Assembly (NCBI GenBank): GCA_016219105.1
Contig: JACRCI010000047.1
Span: 1-46,014, forward strand
Direction: 5' to 3'
Source of the DNA: Deltaproteobacteria bacterium
GTDB taxonomy: Bacteria; Desulfobacterota; GWC2-55-46; DRQE01
DNA length: 46,014 nucleotides
Shown here: one piece after another, positions 8,766 to 22,993 of the stretch
How positions within the stretch are numbered: position 1 is the first letter of the stretch
How the letters are laid out: each line of letters starts with the position of its first letter
Position numbers and translations under genes: made by a program
Notes under the pieces: model-generated
The model's database searches: none
What the model was told of the DNA's origin: nothing
The model's input: only the letters and a program-made list of their open reading frames with translations

Positions 8766-8918
8766 CCTGACTTTACGCGCTTGCGGCGGCATTTATGCCC
8801 CATGGCCCCGCTAAACCCGCCGAGGCCCAGTGACCTGTCGTGTCCTCATCCATGCCCGCACTCCGTCCCCGACGGCCCGGCGGCCGGCTCAAAAAACAGG
8901 AAAGGCGTTTAAAACACC

Positions 8919-9923
8919 ATGCCTGAACTCAGAAAAGACCCGATAATCGGAAGGTGGGTTATAATCTCCACCGAACGCGGGAAGCGGCCCGCGGATTTCG
9001 TCGTTACCCCGCCGCCCCTGAAGGGCGGCATGTGTCCGTTCTGCCCCGGCAACGAGGGCATAACCCCCAAGGAGATAATAGCCTACCGCGTGGACGGGGG
9101 GAGCAAGCCAAACACGCCCGGCTGGCACATAAGGGTCGTGCCGAACAAATACCCGGCGCTCAGGATCGAAGGCGACCTCAACAGGGCCGGCGAGGGCGTT
9201 TACGACAGGATGAGCGGCATAGGCGCTCATGAGGTGATAATAGAATCCCCCAACCACAAGGACGTGCTCTCGACCCTGTCCCCCAAACAGTTCGAGGAGG
9301 TGCTCTGGGCCTACCGCGACAGGATAATAGACCTTAAAAAGGACTCAAGACTGCGTTACATACTCATATTCAAAAACCACGGCGAGGCGGCCGGGGCGTC
9401 CCTCGAACACACCCACTCGCAGCTCATCGCCCTGCCGATCATACCCAAACGCGTCAGCGAGGAGCTCGACGGCTCGCTCGAGTACTACAATTACAAGGAG
9501 CGGTGCGTTTTCTGCGACATAATCAGACAGGAGACAATGCAGGGGGTTCGGGTCATAACGGAAAACCAGGACTTCCTCGCCGTCACTCCATACGCCCCGA
9601 AGTCCCCGTTCGAGGTATGGATACTGCCAAAGTTCCACGAATCTCATTTTGAGAACTCGCAGAAGCACCACTACGAAAACCTGGCCGTGCTTTTCTCCGA
9701 CGTCTTGAGGAGGATGGACAAGGTGCTGAGTTCCCCTCCATACAACTTCATACTTCATACCGCGCCCGTCAAAAACGGCGACTCCATACCGCACTACCAC
9801 TGGCACTTCGAAATAATGCCCAAGCTCACAAAGACCGCCGGATTCGAGTGGGGATCAGGTTTTTACATAAACCCCACCCCTCCGGAAGAGGCCGCGACCT
9901 TCCTGAGGGAGGCAAAGGTTTAA
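8919..9923 (+). CDS. galT: Galactose-1-phosphate uridylyltransferase-family (GalT/HIT) protein
   Basis: MPELRKDP, CPFCPGNE, NKYPAL, GASLEHTHSQ (HxHxQ) and YHWHFEI motifs. Confidence 0.88.
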   Translation: MPELRKDPIIGRWVIISTERGKRPADFVVTPPPLKGGMCPFCPGNEGITPKEIIAYRVDGGSKPNTPGWHIRVVPNKYPALRIEGDLNRAGEGVYDRMSGIGAHEVIIESPNHKDVLSTLSPKQFEEVLWAYRDRIIDLKKDSRLRYILIFKNHGEAAGASLEHTHSQLIALPIIPKRVSEELDGSLEYYNYKERCVFCDIIRQETMQGVRVITENQDFLAVTPYAPKSPFEVWILPKFHESHFENSQKHHYENLAVLFSDVLRRMDKVLSSPPYNFILHTAPVKNGDSIPHYHWHFEIMPKLTKTAGFEWGSGFYINPTPPEEAATFLREAKV

Positions 9924-9960
9924 TCCCGCGGTGCGGGCTTAATTCCCCGACGTCATAACC

Positions 9961-11223
9961 ATGGGATACGACATACTGAGCAGGGTAATAGAGCTGACCG
10001 ATTCCGACTTCGCCCTCGATGTGAAGCTGAGGAAGGTGGCCGGGCTTCTCGCCAGACAGCTCCCGGTAGACGGCTGCGAGGTATACCTCTGGGACAGGAA
10101 AGACAGGCGTTTCAGGGCCACGGCCCATGGGCGCGGCGGCGCGGTCGAAGCCTACGGGGAAAAACAAGGCCTGCCGGGGCGCGTGAAAAAAACCGGGAGG
10201 GCAATCGAGGTCTCGAAAAAAGACCCTGAAAGCTGCCGGGGCGGAGGCGTCGAAGACATGGGTCTCAGGGGTTTCAGGGGCGCCATGGTCTACCCCCTCA
10301 GGGACGGAAAAGAATGGTACGGGGTCCTTTACCTCAAGACCGAGCGTAAATCCCTTCTGCCCGGAAGAAGAAAAAAGATGATAGGGGTCATCTCAAAGCA
10401 GATTGCCTCGTCCATCAAGAGTGAACGGAACTACGTAAGGCTCAGGAACGCCTACAATAAACTCAAAGACCTGCAGGTAAGGCTGGTGAACGCCGAGAAA
10501 CTCATGGCCCTCGGCGAGCTTTCGGCCTCGCTCGCCCACGAGATAAGAAACCCGCTCGTATCCATAGGCGGTTTCGCGGCGAGGCTCAGGAAAAAAATCG
10601 AACCCGGCTCCCCCCACCTCCCCTATGTGGAGCACATCTCGAAACAGGTCACGAGGCTTGAGGAGATAATAAACGACATCCTCAACTTCGCCGAGCACAG
10701 GGAAATGAAGCTCAACGTCGCGGAGGTGAACGCGGTCGTCGAGGACGCGCTGTGGCTCTTCGAGGAGGCGTGCCATAACCAGAAGATAAAGGTGGTGAAG
10801 GCCTTATCGAAGGAGCCCATGCCGGTCGTCGCGGACGCGCACCAGCTCAAGATTGCCTTTGACAACCTCATAGCAAATGCGATACAGTCCATGGAGCACG
10901 GCGGGAAGCTCACCGTGAGGACCCGCAGGGAAAACGACCTGGGGGTAGTTGACATAACCGACAGCGGCGGCGGGATAGAGCCTGGCATAATAGGCAACAT
11001 ATTCAACCCCTTCTTCACCACCAAGAAAACCGGCACGGGACTGGGGCTTACTATAACGCATAAGATAATAACGCGGCACAGGGGCGTTATAGACGTGGCC
11101 AACGACTACGGCAGGGGCATAACCTTCACGGTAAAACTGCCGTGCACCGACGCGCGCGGAACCCTCCCGCCCGGTGGAGAGCGGGGCATGAAATCATCTA
11201 TCGCGGGAGTTTTGGCGCCATGA
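9961..11223 (+). CDS. Cytoplasmic GAF-domain sensor histidine kinase
   Basis: N-terminal GAF-like region, H-box LAHEIRNPL, N-box NLIANAIQ, DSGGG, FFTTK and GTGLGL. Confidence 0.9.
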   Translation: MGYDILSRVIELTDSDFALDVKLRKVAGLLARQLPVDGCEVYLWDRKDRRFRATAHGRGGAVEAYGEKQGLPGRVKKTGRAIEVSKKDPESCRGGGVEDMGLRGFRGAMVYPLRDGKEWYGVLYLKTERKSLLPGRRKKMIGVISKQIASSIKSERNYVRLRNAYNKLKDLQVRLVNAEKLMALGELSASLAHEIRNPLVSIGGFAARLRKKIEPGSPHLPYVEHISKQVTRLEEIINDILNFAEHREMKLNVAEVNAVVEDALWLFEEACHNQKIKVVKALSKEPMPVVADAHQLKIAFDNLIANAIQSMEHGGKLTVRTRRENDLGVVDITDSGGGIEPGIIGNIFNPFFTTKKTGTGLGLTITHKIITRHRGVIDVANDYGRGITFTVKLPCTDARGTLPPGGERGMKSSIAGVLAP

Positions 11224-11582
11224 AAAAGAGGGTGCTTGTAGTTGACGACGAAGAGGGCATAAGGCTCCTCTACAAGGAAGAACTCGAGGAAGAGGGATGC
11301 AGCGTGGAGCTTGCCGCATCCGGCGAGGAGGCGTTGAAAAGGCTTGAGGCAAGCAGCATAGACTTGGTGCTCCTCGACATAAAGATGCCGGGCATGGACG
11401 GGGTCGAGGTCTTGAGGAAGATCAAGGAAAAATGGAAGGACCTTCCGGTAATACTCTGCACGGCCTATCCGCATTACAAGCAGGACTTCGGCACGTGGGC
11501 GTCGGACGCCTATGTGGTTAAGTCCTCGGACCTGAGGGAACTCAAGGAAAAGATCAAGGACATCCTTCAGAGAAAGGCATGA
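11220..11582 (+). CDS. Single-domain response regulator (receiver)
   Basis: VLVVDDE, LLDIKMPGMDG, CTAY and VK; ATG overlaps the kinase stop. Confidence 0.92.
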   Translation: MKKRVLVVDDEEGIRLLYKEELEEEGCSVELAASGEEALKRLEASSIDLVLLDIKMPGMDGVEVLRKIKEKWKDLPVILCTAYPHYKQDFGTWASDAYVVKSSDLRELKEKIKDILQRKA

Positions 11583-12466
11583 TACTCGTCACAGGCGCAA
11601 CGGGCTTCGTGGGAGGCAGCCTCGTGAGGGAGCTTCTCAAGAAAGGCTACGGAGTCAGATGCCTCGTGAGGGACGCCCAGAGGGGCTTGAGGCTCAAGGA
11701 ACTCGGGTGCGAGTTAAGACGGGGCGATGTAAGGGAATTGGATTCGGTCGTTGAAGCCCTTGATAAAAACACGGACACCGTAATACACCTGGTCGGGATA
11801 CTCGCCGAGGCGCGCGGATCGACGTACAGGGACATTCACGTGGCGGGGACATCGAACGTCCTTACGGCCTGCAAGATGCGCGGCGTCCGCAGGGTCATTC
11901 ACACAAGCGCGCTCGGCGCTCGGCGCGACGCACGAAGCCGATACCACAGGACGAAATGGGAGGCCGAAGAGCTTGTAAGAAATTCCGGGCTTGAATATAC
12001 CATATTCAGGCCGTCAGTCATATTCGGCGGCGCCGACAGATTCACCAACACGTTCGCCCGATTCATAAGGATGTTCCCGGTCGTGTTCGTGCCTGGCAAC
12101 GGAGGTAATCTCATGCAGCCGGTGTTCGTCGAAGACCTCTCGAGGATGATGCGTGAAAGCATCGTGAAAAAAGACGCCGCCGGGAAAACATACGAGGTCG
12201 CCGGGCCCGAACGATTTTCGTTCGACGAAATAATAGACAGGATCGCGCAAACGCTTGGACGGCGGGTTTTAAAGGTCCACATACCGCTTGTCCTTATGAA
12301 GCCGGGGGCGCTCATGGCGGAGATGCTATTTTCAAAGCCTCCGCTGTCGAGGGACTCCCTCCTCATGCTCGAAGAGGACAACGTAACGGACGATGATTCT
12401 ATCGAGCGGGTATTCGGCATAAAACGCACGGGCCTTACGGAGGGGATGAGGAGTTACCTGCATTAG
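11579..12466 (+). CDS. NAD(P)-dependent SDR, complex I NDUFA9-like family
   Basis: VTGATGFVG, HLVGI, SALGA, YHRTKWEAE and RPSVIFG motifs. Confidence 0.85.
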   Translation: MILVTGATGFVGGSLVRELLKKGYGVRCLVRDAQRGLRLKELGCELRRGDVRELDSVVEALDKNTDTVIHLVGILAEARGSTYRDIHVAGTSNVLTACKMRGVRRVIHTSALGARRDARSRYHRTKWEAEELVRNSGLEYTIFRPSVIFGGADRFTNTFARFIRMFPVVFVPGNGGNLMQPVFVEDLSRMMRESIVKKDAAGKTYEVAGPERFSFDEIIDRIAQTLGRRVLKVHIPLVLMKPGALMAEMLFSKPPLSRDSLLMLEEDNVTDDDSIERVFGIKRTGLTEGMRSYLH

Positions 12467-12478
12467 TTCTTTACATAA

Positions 12479-12554
12479 GGGGGGTTAGCTCAGTTGGGAG
12501 AGCGTCACGTTCGCAACGTGAAGGTCGCCGGTTCGACCCCGGTACCCTCCACCA
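12479..12554 (+). tRNA. tRNA-Ala (anticodon CGC)
   Basis: 76-nt cloverleaf: acceptor stem GGGGGGT/ACCCTCC with the G3:U70 Ala determinant, anticodon arm TCACG-TTCGCAA-CGTGA, T loop GGTTCGA, encoded CCA. Confidence 0.97.
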
Positions 12555-12583
12555 GAAGACCTGTCCCTGTGAAAACAGGGCGC

Positions 12584-12614
12584 AAGGGCTGCGGGGATTC
12601 CCTCAGCCCTTTTT
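12584..12614 (+). terminator. Rho-independent terminator after the tRNA
   Basis: AAGGGCTG...CAGCCCTT stem followed by a T run. Confidence 0.6.
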
Positions 12615-12623
12615 AACATAGAA

Positions 12624-13199
12624 ATGACCGAAGACAAGAAAATCATCCTCGCCTCGGCCTCGCCACGGAGAAAAGAACTCCTGAAGGATATTTCAAGCTC
12701 ATTCGAGGTCCGCCCTGCGGATGTGGACGAAGGCGTCAGGGAGGACGAGTCTCCGGTCGGGCACACCCGCAGACTTGCCCGCGAAAAAACCGGCAAGGTC
12801 GGTGAAGGATTAAGCGGAGGCATTATAATAGGCGCTGACACCGTGGTGGTTATAGACGGGGAAATCCTCGGCAAACCCAAAGACACGGATGACGCAAGAA
12901 GGATGCTCGGAAGGCTCTCCGGAAAGGCCCACACGGTTGTAACCTCGTTCTGCATACTTAACGCCCGCACCAAAGAGACCATCGCAAAGACGGTTGAAAG
13001 CAAGGTGACGATGAGGAGGATACACGACGCCGAACTGGAGGAATATCTCGAAACAGGCGAGCCGCTCGACAAGGCAGGCGCTTACGCCGTGCAGGGCATC
13101 GGAGGAAAATTCATTGAAACGGTCAAGGGGTCATACACGAACGTCGTCGGTCTTCCGGTGGATGAAGTTAAAGAAGCGCTAAAAAAGATGGGACAATGA
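12624..13199 (+). CDS. maf: Maf-family nucleotide pyrophosphatase
   Basis: ILASASPRRKELL, IGADTVV, ILGKP, DKAGAYAVQG and NVVGLP motifs. Confidence 0.93.
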   Translation: MTEDKKIILASASPRRKELLKDISSSFEVRPADVDEGVREDESPVGHTRRLAREKTGKVGEGLSGGIIIGADTVVVIDGEILGKPKDTDDARRMLGRLSGKAHTVVTSFCILNARTKETIAKTVESKVTMRRIHDAELEEYLETGEPLDKAGAYAVQGIGGKFIETVKGSYTNVVGLPVDEVKEALKKMGQ

Positions 13200-13225
13200 C
13201 GGCGATTCCGATTTTCTCCGTGTGC

Positions 13226-13987
13226 CTATCCCGCCAGCATTGCGAGGCTTGCGGCCATCACGATCATGCCCGCGATAACGCCGATTATAGCCACGTGCTC
13301 CTGCCTGTAGGAATGCGCAACGGGCAGGAGCTCGTCGAACGATATGAAGACCATGAACCCGGCCACCATGCACAGTATCCAGCCGAGCAGCCGTTCGGTT
13401 AAAAAAGGCATGAACACCATAGCGGCCAGGAACGCGCCCACCGGCTCGCTCACCCCCGAAAGGGCGGACCATTTGAACGCCTTCGCGGCGCTTTTCGTCG
13501 CGGCGTAGACCGGGACCGCCACGGCTATACCCTCGGGGATGTTGTGTATGGCCACGGCCACCGCGAGCGCAATCCCCATATCCGTGCTCTTCAGCGTCCC
13601 GGCGAACGTGACCATGCCCTCGGGGAAGTTATGTATGGCGATGCCGAGGGCGACAAGTACTGAGGCCCTTTTAAGGCGCCCGCCGTCGTCCCCGTATGAT
13701 TCGAGTATGTAGATATGGGGCAGACACATATCTATCGCCAACATCAGGAATATCCCGAGGAAAAAGGCCGCGTGCGCGGTCGTAAAACCGAGGATGGAGA
13801 TGCCCTGCTGAAGGAGCTCCACGAACGACACGAGCACCATCACCCCGGCCGAGAAACCGAGCGTGAAGGCCATGTACCTGGGCCCGGGGTTTCTGTAGAA
13901 GACGGCTATCGCGCTCCCGATCGTGGTTGAGAGGCCGGCAAATGTCGTAAGCGCTATCGCGGTGTAAAAAGAGCCGTCGAACGTCAT
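13226..13987 (-). CDS. zupT: ZIP-family zinc transporter ZupT
   Basis: AGLSTTIG, FSAGVM, AIHNFPEG, AIHNIPEG, SGVSEPVG and ISFDELLP; GGGGGGAGG RBS before the ATG at 13987. Confidence 0.9.
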   Translation of the reverse strand: MTFDGSFYTAIALTTFAGLSTTIGSAIAVFYRNPGPRYMAFTLGFSAGVMVLVSFVELLQQGISILGFTTAHAAFFLGIFLMLAIDMCLPHIYILESYGDDGGRLKRASVLVALGIAIHNFPEGMVTFAGTLKSTDMGIALAVAVAIHNIPEGIAVAVPVYAATKSAAKAFKWSALSGVSEPVGAFLAAMVFMPFLTERLLGWILCMVAGFMVFISFDELLPVAHSYRQEHVAIIGVIAGMIVMAASLAMLAG

Positions 13988-14073
13988 TGCGCCTCCCCCC
14001 TCGTTAAGGAAAGTATATCCCCTCAAGCCTGCCGCAGTCAATCGCCGTTGACGGGAACCGGCCTCTGTGCTAA

Positions 14074-16119
<2,046 letters not shown>

Positions 16120-16151
16120 GCCGCGGGGCGTAACGCTCGGCGCACCCGCCG

Positions 16152-17729
16152 TCAACTGCATATCCTGTTCCTTCCCTCCCGCTTTGCCCTGTAAAGGCGC
16201 GCGTCGGCCTTCCTCAAAAGCGAAAGGTGGTTTTTGCCGTCCGTCGGAAAGGTGGCGACCCCGCCGCTTAAGGTAACGGTCCTGTTCGGCATCGGGTACT
16301 TTTCTATCTCGCCTATGAGCCTGCGGCCGAAGGCATGTGCCCCTTCTTTTTTAATCTGCGGCATTATTATGCAGAACTCCTCGCCGCCGAAACGGCCCAC
16401 GGTGTCGGTCATCCTCGTGTTTTTCTTCAAAAGCCTCGCTATTGATTTCAAAATCTTGTTGCCCTCGAGGTGGCCGAACGTGTCGTTATATTCCTTGAAG
16501 CTGTCTATGTCGAGCATAATCAGCGAAAGTATGTAGTTGTGCCGCGCGGCCCCCTGTATCTCCTTCTGCAGCTGCTCCATGAGGAAGCGCTGGTTGTAGA
16601 GGCCGGTAAGCCCGTCGGTTATGCTCAGAAGGCGCGTCTCCTCGAGCGCCTTTACCCTCTCCATGGTAAGGCCCGCGTATATGGTAAGGAGCGAAAAAAG
16701 AGAGATGTCCTCGGCCCTGAACCTGCGCTTCTTGAAATCGTTGACGTATAGCACCCCGACGATCCTCCCCTCCATCGTGAGCGGGGCCGCAAGCAGCGTC
16801 CTCACGCCCTCTTTGAGAAGCACCGGGTTGGGTTTTGAAAACTCCCTCATATCCGGTATGAAGAGCGGGCCTTCGTGGTTCACGACGGTGTGCGTCAGCC
16901 CGCCGTCCCTTATGTTCCACCTCGCGACCTTCTTGAAATCGGCGCTGAAGCCCTTGGACGCGACAAGCATCATGTCCTCTCTTTTCTCGTCGAAAAGCGC
17001 GATCGAGCCGGCCGGCGTGTCCGTAAGCTTCGTGGCGTAATCTATTATCGCGTATCCCGCGGCGTTAACGCTGTCTATGCTCTCGACGACAAGCCCGAGG
17101 TGATAGAGGGCTTCGTGTTCCTTGAGGAGCTTTTCCCTTTCCTCCGCCCGTTTTCTGCGCTCCTCGAACATCTGCCACATTATCTTGGCGGAGACCCCTC
17201 CCATAAGCTCGGTAGAGGCCGGGATTGACCTCCTCAGGTCTTCCGCTATCTTCGTGGAGCCGGTCAGGTTTATTACCACGTCCACCTTCCTGTCGAGGAA
17301 GAACCTGTAATCCTCGGCCGTCGGTATGCCTGCCTCCCTTGCGATTATAATGCCCGGAGCCGAGGGGTTCCTGTCCGCGGTCCACTCCACCTTGACCGAG
17401 GGGTTTTCCCTGAAAAGGTTAAGGACCGCCGTCCCGCCCCTGCCGCATCCCACTATGCCGACGCTCATCATGGGCCCGAACTCTTCGGCCACGGCCGGCT
17501 TTGGCGACGGGAGCATCCCCATCCCGATGGCCTGGCTCACGGCCTGGGCGCGGCTCGTGACGTTCAGCTTCTTCATGATGCTTTTGAGATGGTACTTGGA
17601 GGTCCACACGGATTTGCCTATTATGACGCCTATCTCATCGTTGGTCTTGCCCTCCTGCACCCAGCGCAGTATTTCTATCTCTTTGGGAGTCAGCGCCGTC
17701 GGTCCCTTTTTTGTCTTGCCCCTTGCCAT
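16152..17729 (-). CDS. Diguanylate cyclase with N-terminal LuxR-type HTH, Rossmann-like and GAF domains
   Basis: LTPKEIEILRWVQEGKTNDEIG...SRAQAV (LuxR HTH), VGIVGCGRGG (Rossmann), LLAAPL...VGVLYVND (GAF), DGLTGLYN, FKEYNDTFGH, RxxD I-site RMTD and RFGGEEF. Confidence 0.88.
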   Translation of the reverse strand: MARGKTKKGPTALTPKEIEILRWVQEGKTNDEIGVIIGKSVWTSKYHLKSIMKKLNVTSRAQAVSQAIGMGMLPSPKPAVAEEFGPMMSVGIVGCGRGGTAVLNLFRENPSVKVEWTADRNPSAPGIIIAREAGIPTAEDYRFFLDRKVDVVINLTGSTKIAEDLRRSIPASTELMGGVSAKIMWQMFEERRKRAEEREKLLKEHEALYHLGLVVESIDSVNAAGYAIIDYATKLTDTPAGSIALFDEKREDMMLVASKGFSADFKKVARWNIRDGGLTHTVVNHEGPLFIPDMREFSKPNPVLLKEGVRTLLAAPLTMEGRIVGVLYVNDFKKRRFRAEDISLFSLLTIYAGLTMERVKALEETRLLSITDGLTGLYNQRFLMEQLQKEIQGAARHNYILSLIMLDIDSFKEYNDTFGHLEGNKILKSIARLLKKNTRMTDTVGRFGGEEFCIIMPQIKKEGAHAFGRRLIGEIEKYPMPNRTVTLSGGVATFPTDGKNHLSLLRKADARLYRAKREGRNRICS

Positions 17730-17821
17730 TCGGTCTACCCCCAAGCATCTTAAAGATGGTGGCATAAATAAGCGTCACTGAAAGACCTATTCGTATAACC
17801 CGCAGGCCCAGGCACGGTCAA

Positions 17822-17837
17822 CTACCCGAACGGGCAG
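17822..17837. promoter_or_regulatory. Imperfect 16-bp palindrome abutting the -35 of the LuxR-GGDEF gene (candidate operator)
   Basis: CTACCCG-AA-CGGGCAG, directly adjacent to minus-strand TTGACC (17816-17821). Confidence 0.4.
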
Positions 17838-17893
17838 CATTCAGCTACAGGTAAAATAAAAACAGCGGGTGCCGCGGCAATGGGGCAGGAACG

Positions 17894-18421
17894 CTACCTT
17901 GAGTGCCTGTCGGCCACCTTTGTCGCGCCGTAGGAGTCGGGCTTGGTCACGGCCGCATAGCCGCTGCCTGTAACCATCCCAACCACCTCTTTGATAATAT
18001 CCCGTGTCTCGCCCTTCGTGCCGACGTCGAGGTGTATCTCCACCGGCAGAAGTTTGCAGCCGTTCTCGGACATTTTCGTTTTCATAAAAGAGGCGAGTTC
18101 AATGCTCATGGTCGTTTCGTAGAATATCCGCTGGCGGATATTGTCCATCTTCTTGTGGCGGGTCTTCCGGTAGAAATACCGGCCTCCGTGCCCCACCCTG
18201 TGGACGACCACGGCGGTCACGAAGTGCGTCTCCGCGGAGAGGAACGAATCGGTGCCTATAATCAGGTTATATCTGTAGTCAGCCCCTTCAGAGACGTATT
18301 CGACCACCCTTAAGAACATCTCCTCATCGGTAAGCCTGCCGAAGGTGGGGCTCAAAAAATCCTTCTGAATTTTTCCCGCGCATTGAACGGGGTCAGCGTC
18401 TTGTTTTGAGGAGGTCATCAA
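17894..18421 (-). CDS. Ribonuclease H-like YkuK (DUF458) family protein
   Basis: LIIGTDS, FVTAVVVHR..GG, RI..ET..S, EIHLDVG..G.T and KPDSYGATKVADRH motifs. Confidence 0.88.
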   Translation of the reverse strand: MMTSSKQDADPVQCAGKIQKDFLSPTFGRLTDEEMFLRVVEYVSEGADYRYNLIIGTDSFLSAETHFVTAVVVHRVGHGGRYFYRKTRHKKMDNIRQRIFYETTMSIELASFMKTKMSENGCKLLPVEIHLDVGTKGETRDIIKEVVGMVTGSGYAAVTKPDSYGATKVADRHSR

Positions 18422-18524
18422 TTTTGAATCTTACAATAAAATGTTAAAGAAAACAAGGGATTTAAGCTCCACAATCCGCCGCGGACCGGAAGGCCCGCGG
18501 CCCGTAAACCCCATGACTGAATAA

Positions 18525-21122
<2,598 letters not shown>

Positions 21123-21151
21123 AAACACCGAACGGAACAGGGGCATCTCCA

Positions 21152-21976
21152 ATGACAAGGGACAAATCGCAGAAGGTCGGCATATACGTTGACGTGGCCA
21201 ATATAACCCGCAACGGCGGCTACGGCATGAGGTTCGACATCTTAAGGGATTTCGCCTGCCGCGAGAACGGCGAGCCCATAAGGATGAACGCCTACGTCGC
21301 CTATGACGAGGAACGCGCGAAGAAAGACCGCGAATACAAGGACCGCACGTTTAATTTCCATTCCGCCCTCAGGGACTTCGGCTACAAGGTGATGGAAAAG
21401 ATAGTCACATGGTACGTTGACGAGGGAGGGTCCCGTTACGGCAAGGCCAACGCGGACCTCGACATGGCCGTTGACGCGCTCTTGCAGTCGGAAAACCTCG
21501 ACAGGGTGCTTATCGCGACCGGGGACGGGGATTTCATACAGGTCGTAAGGGCGCTTCAGAACAGGGGCTGCAGGGTGGAGGTTATAGCCTTCCAGAACAT
21601 ATCCTCCCAGCTCAAAAGGGAGGCGGACCTCTTCATGTCCGGCTACCTGATACCAAACCTTCTCCCGATAGAAGGCGCGGAGATGAAAAAGTGGGGAGAT
21701 GTAGGCTCTAAGGCCCGCGGGATATGCTACAGCTATAATCGTGAAAAAGGCTTCGGGTTCATGCGTTTCCTCGACCATATAGGCCCGGGGCTGTGGATAA
21801 CTGACACGCGCAGGGAAGACACTCCCTACAAAACGGCCTTTGCCCACGAATCCAACTTCGACAAGGCGATAGACATGGGACAACTCCCAAACCGGGAACA
21901 TATCTTCGAGTTCGACGTGGTAAAAGGGGAAAAGGGACTTCAGGCCACTAACATAAGAAGGATCTATCCGTCTTAA
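21152..21976 (+). CDS. NYN (LabA/DUF88, PIN-like) domain protein with C-terminal cold-shock-like OB domain
   Basis: IYVDVAN, K..D.DMAVD and ATGDGDF for NYN; C-terminal YNREKGFGF...FAHES...EFDVVKGEKGLQATNI resembles a CSD. Confidence 0.8.
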   Translation: MTRDKSQKVGIYVDVANITRNGGYGMRFDILRDFACRENGEPIRMNAYVAYDEERAKKDREYKDRTFNFHSALRDFGYKVMEKIVTWYVDEGGSRYGKANADLDMAVDALLQSENLDRVLIATGDGDFIQVVRALQNRGCRVEVIAFQNISSQLKREADLFMSGYLIPNLLPIEGAEMKKWGDVGSKARGICYSYNREKGFGFMRFLDHIGPGLWITDTRREDTPYKTAFAHESNFDKAIDMGQLPNREHIFEFDVVKGEKGLQATNIRRIYPS

Positions 21977-21988
21977 GACGACCACGGC

Positions 21989-22732
21989 TCAAGCGCCTTC
22001 AGCCTTTTTTTTCTTCCCGAATATAAGCGCGAGGATAACCCCCATGGCGTAAAGGATAAGGAGCGGCACGCTCAGAAGCAACTGGCTGAACACGTCCGGA
22101 GGGGTGAATATCGCCCCTACCACAAAAATACCGATCACCGCATACCTCCAGTAATAAAGCAGCATCCTCGCATCCACCACCCCGAGCCTCGCCAGAACGA
22201 GCATCAAAAGCGGCAGCTCGAACGCCGCCCCGAAGGCGATGATAGTTTTTGCCGCAAGCGACAGATAAAGGTCCATTGAGATGAACGGGACGAGCTCGGG
22301 GGTCGAGAAACTCAAAAGGTATTTGAAGCCGAAGGGGAATATCACCTTGTAGGCGAAGACCGAGCCTGCGGAAAAAAGCGCGAGCGAGAAGGCGACCAGC
22401 GCCCCGAACCAGAGTTTTTCGTCCCTGTAAAGCCCGGGCGCGACAAACGCCCACATCTGGTATAGGACGACCGGGCTTGATATCATAACGGCCGCTCCGA
22501 ACGCTATCTTGAGATATACGAAAAAAGGCTCGCCGACCCCGGTAAAGGTTATGAACCTGTGCTCATTAGGCAGGTTGGAAAGGAGCGGTTTTGCGAGGAA
22601 GGAATAAAGCTCTGCAGACCATGTGTAGGTCAATAAAAAGGCCACTCCCACGGCGAGGAGCGCTATCATGAACCTCCGCCTGAGTTCCCTAAGGTGCCCT
22701 ACAAGGGGCATATTTTGGTAGTCTTCGGCCAT
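21989..22732 (-). CDS. tatC: Twin-arginine translocase subunit TatC
   Basis: MPLVGHLRELRRR, YQMWAFVAPGLY, FELP and TPPDVFSQ motifs. Confidence 0.95.
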   Translation of the reverse strand: MAEDYQNMPLVGHLRELRRRFMIALLAVGVAFLLTYTWSAELYSFLAKPLLSNLPNEHRFITFTGVGEPFFVYLKIAFGAAVMISSPVVLYQMWAFVAPGLYRDEKLWFGALVAFSLALFSAGSVFAYKVIFPFGFKYLLSFSTPELVPFISMDLYLSLAAKTIIAFGAAFELPLLMLVLARLGVVDARMLLYYWRYAVIGIFVVGAIFTPPDVFSQLLLSVPLLILYAMGVILALIFGKKKKAEGA

Positions 22733-22741
22733 TCACCAATA

Positions 22742-22993
22742 TTATCTCCCCCCGGCTTCGTCCCCTTCTTTTTCAACCTTTCGAGCCGCCTCGCCTTTTC
22801 CCGGCCCATCAACCCCAACGGACGCCTCTTTCTCCAATTCAAGGAGGCTCACCCTCACCTCCCGGCCCGCCTTCTTGAACTCGTTGAACACCTTTGCGGC
22901 CGACTTTACCATTTCCGGCATCTTCTCGGGACCCATGACGATGAGGGCGATGACCGCTATGAGCAATAACTCTCCAATCCCTATGCCGAACAT
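22742..22993 (-). CDS. tatB: Twin-arginine translocase TatB/TatA-family subunit
   Basis: MFGIGIGELLLIAVIALIVMGPEKMPE, directly upstream of tatC. Confidence 0.85.
   Translation of the reverse strand: MFGIGIGELLLIAVIALIVMGPEKMPEMVKSAAKVFNEFKKAGREVRVSLLELEKEASVGVDGPGKGEAARKVEKEGDEAGGR

Noticed and set aside
12479-12620. tRNA-Ala as an integration site of a genomic island
   Set aside because: No integrase nearby, no duplicated tRNA 3' end seen in the window, and the flanking genes are housekeeping.
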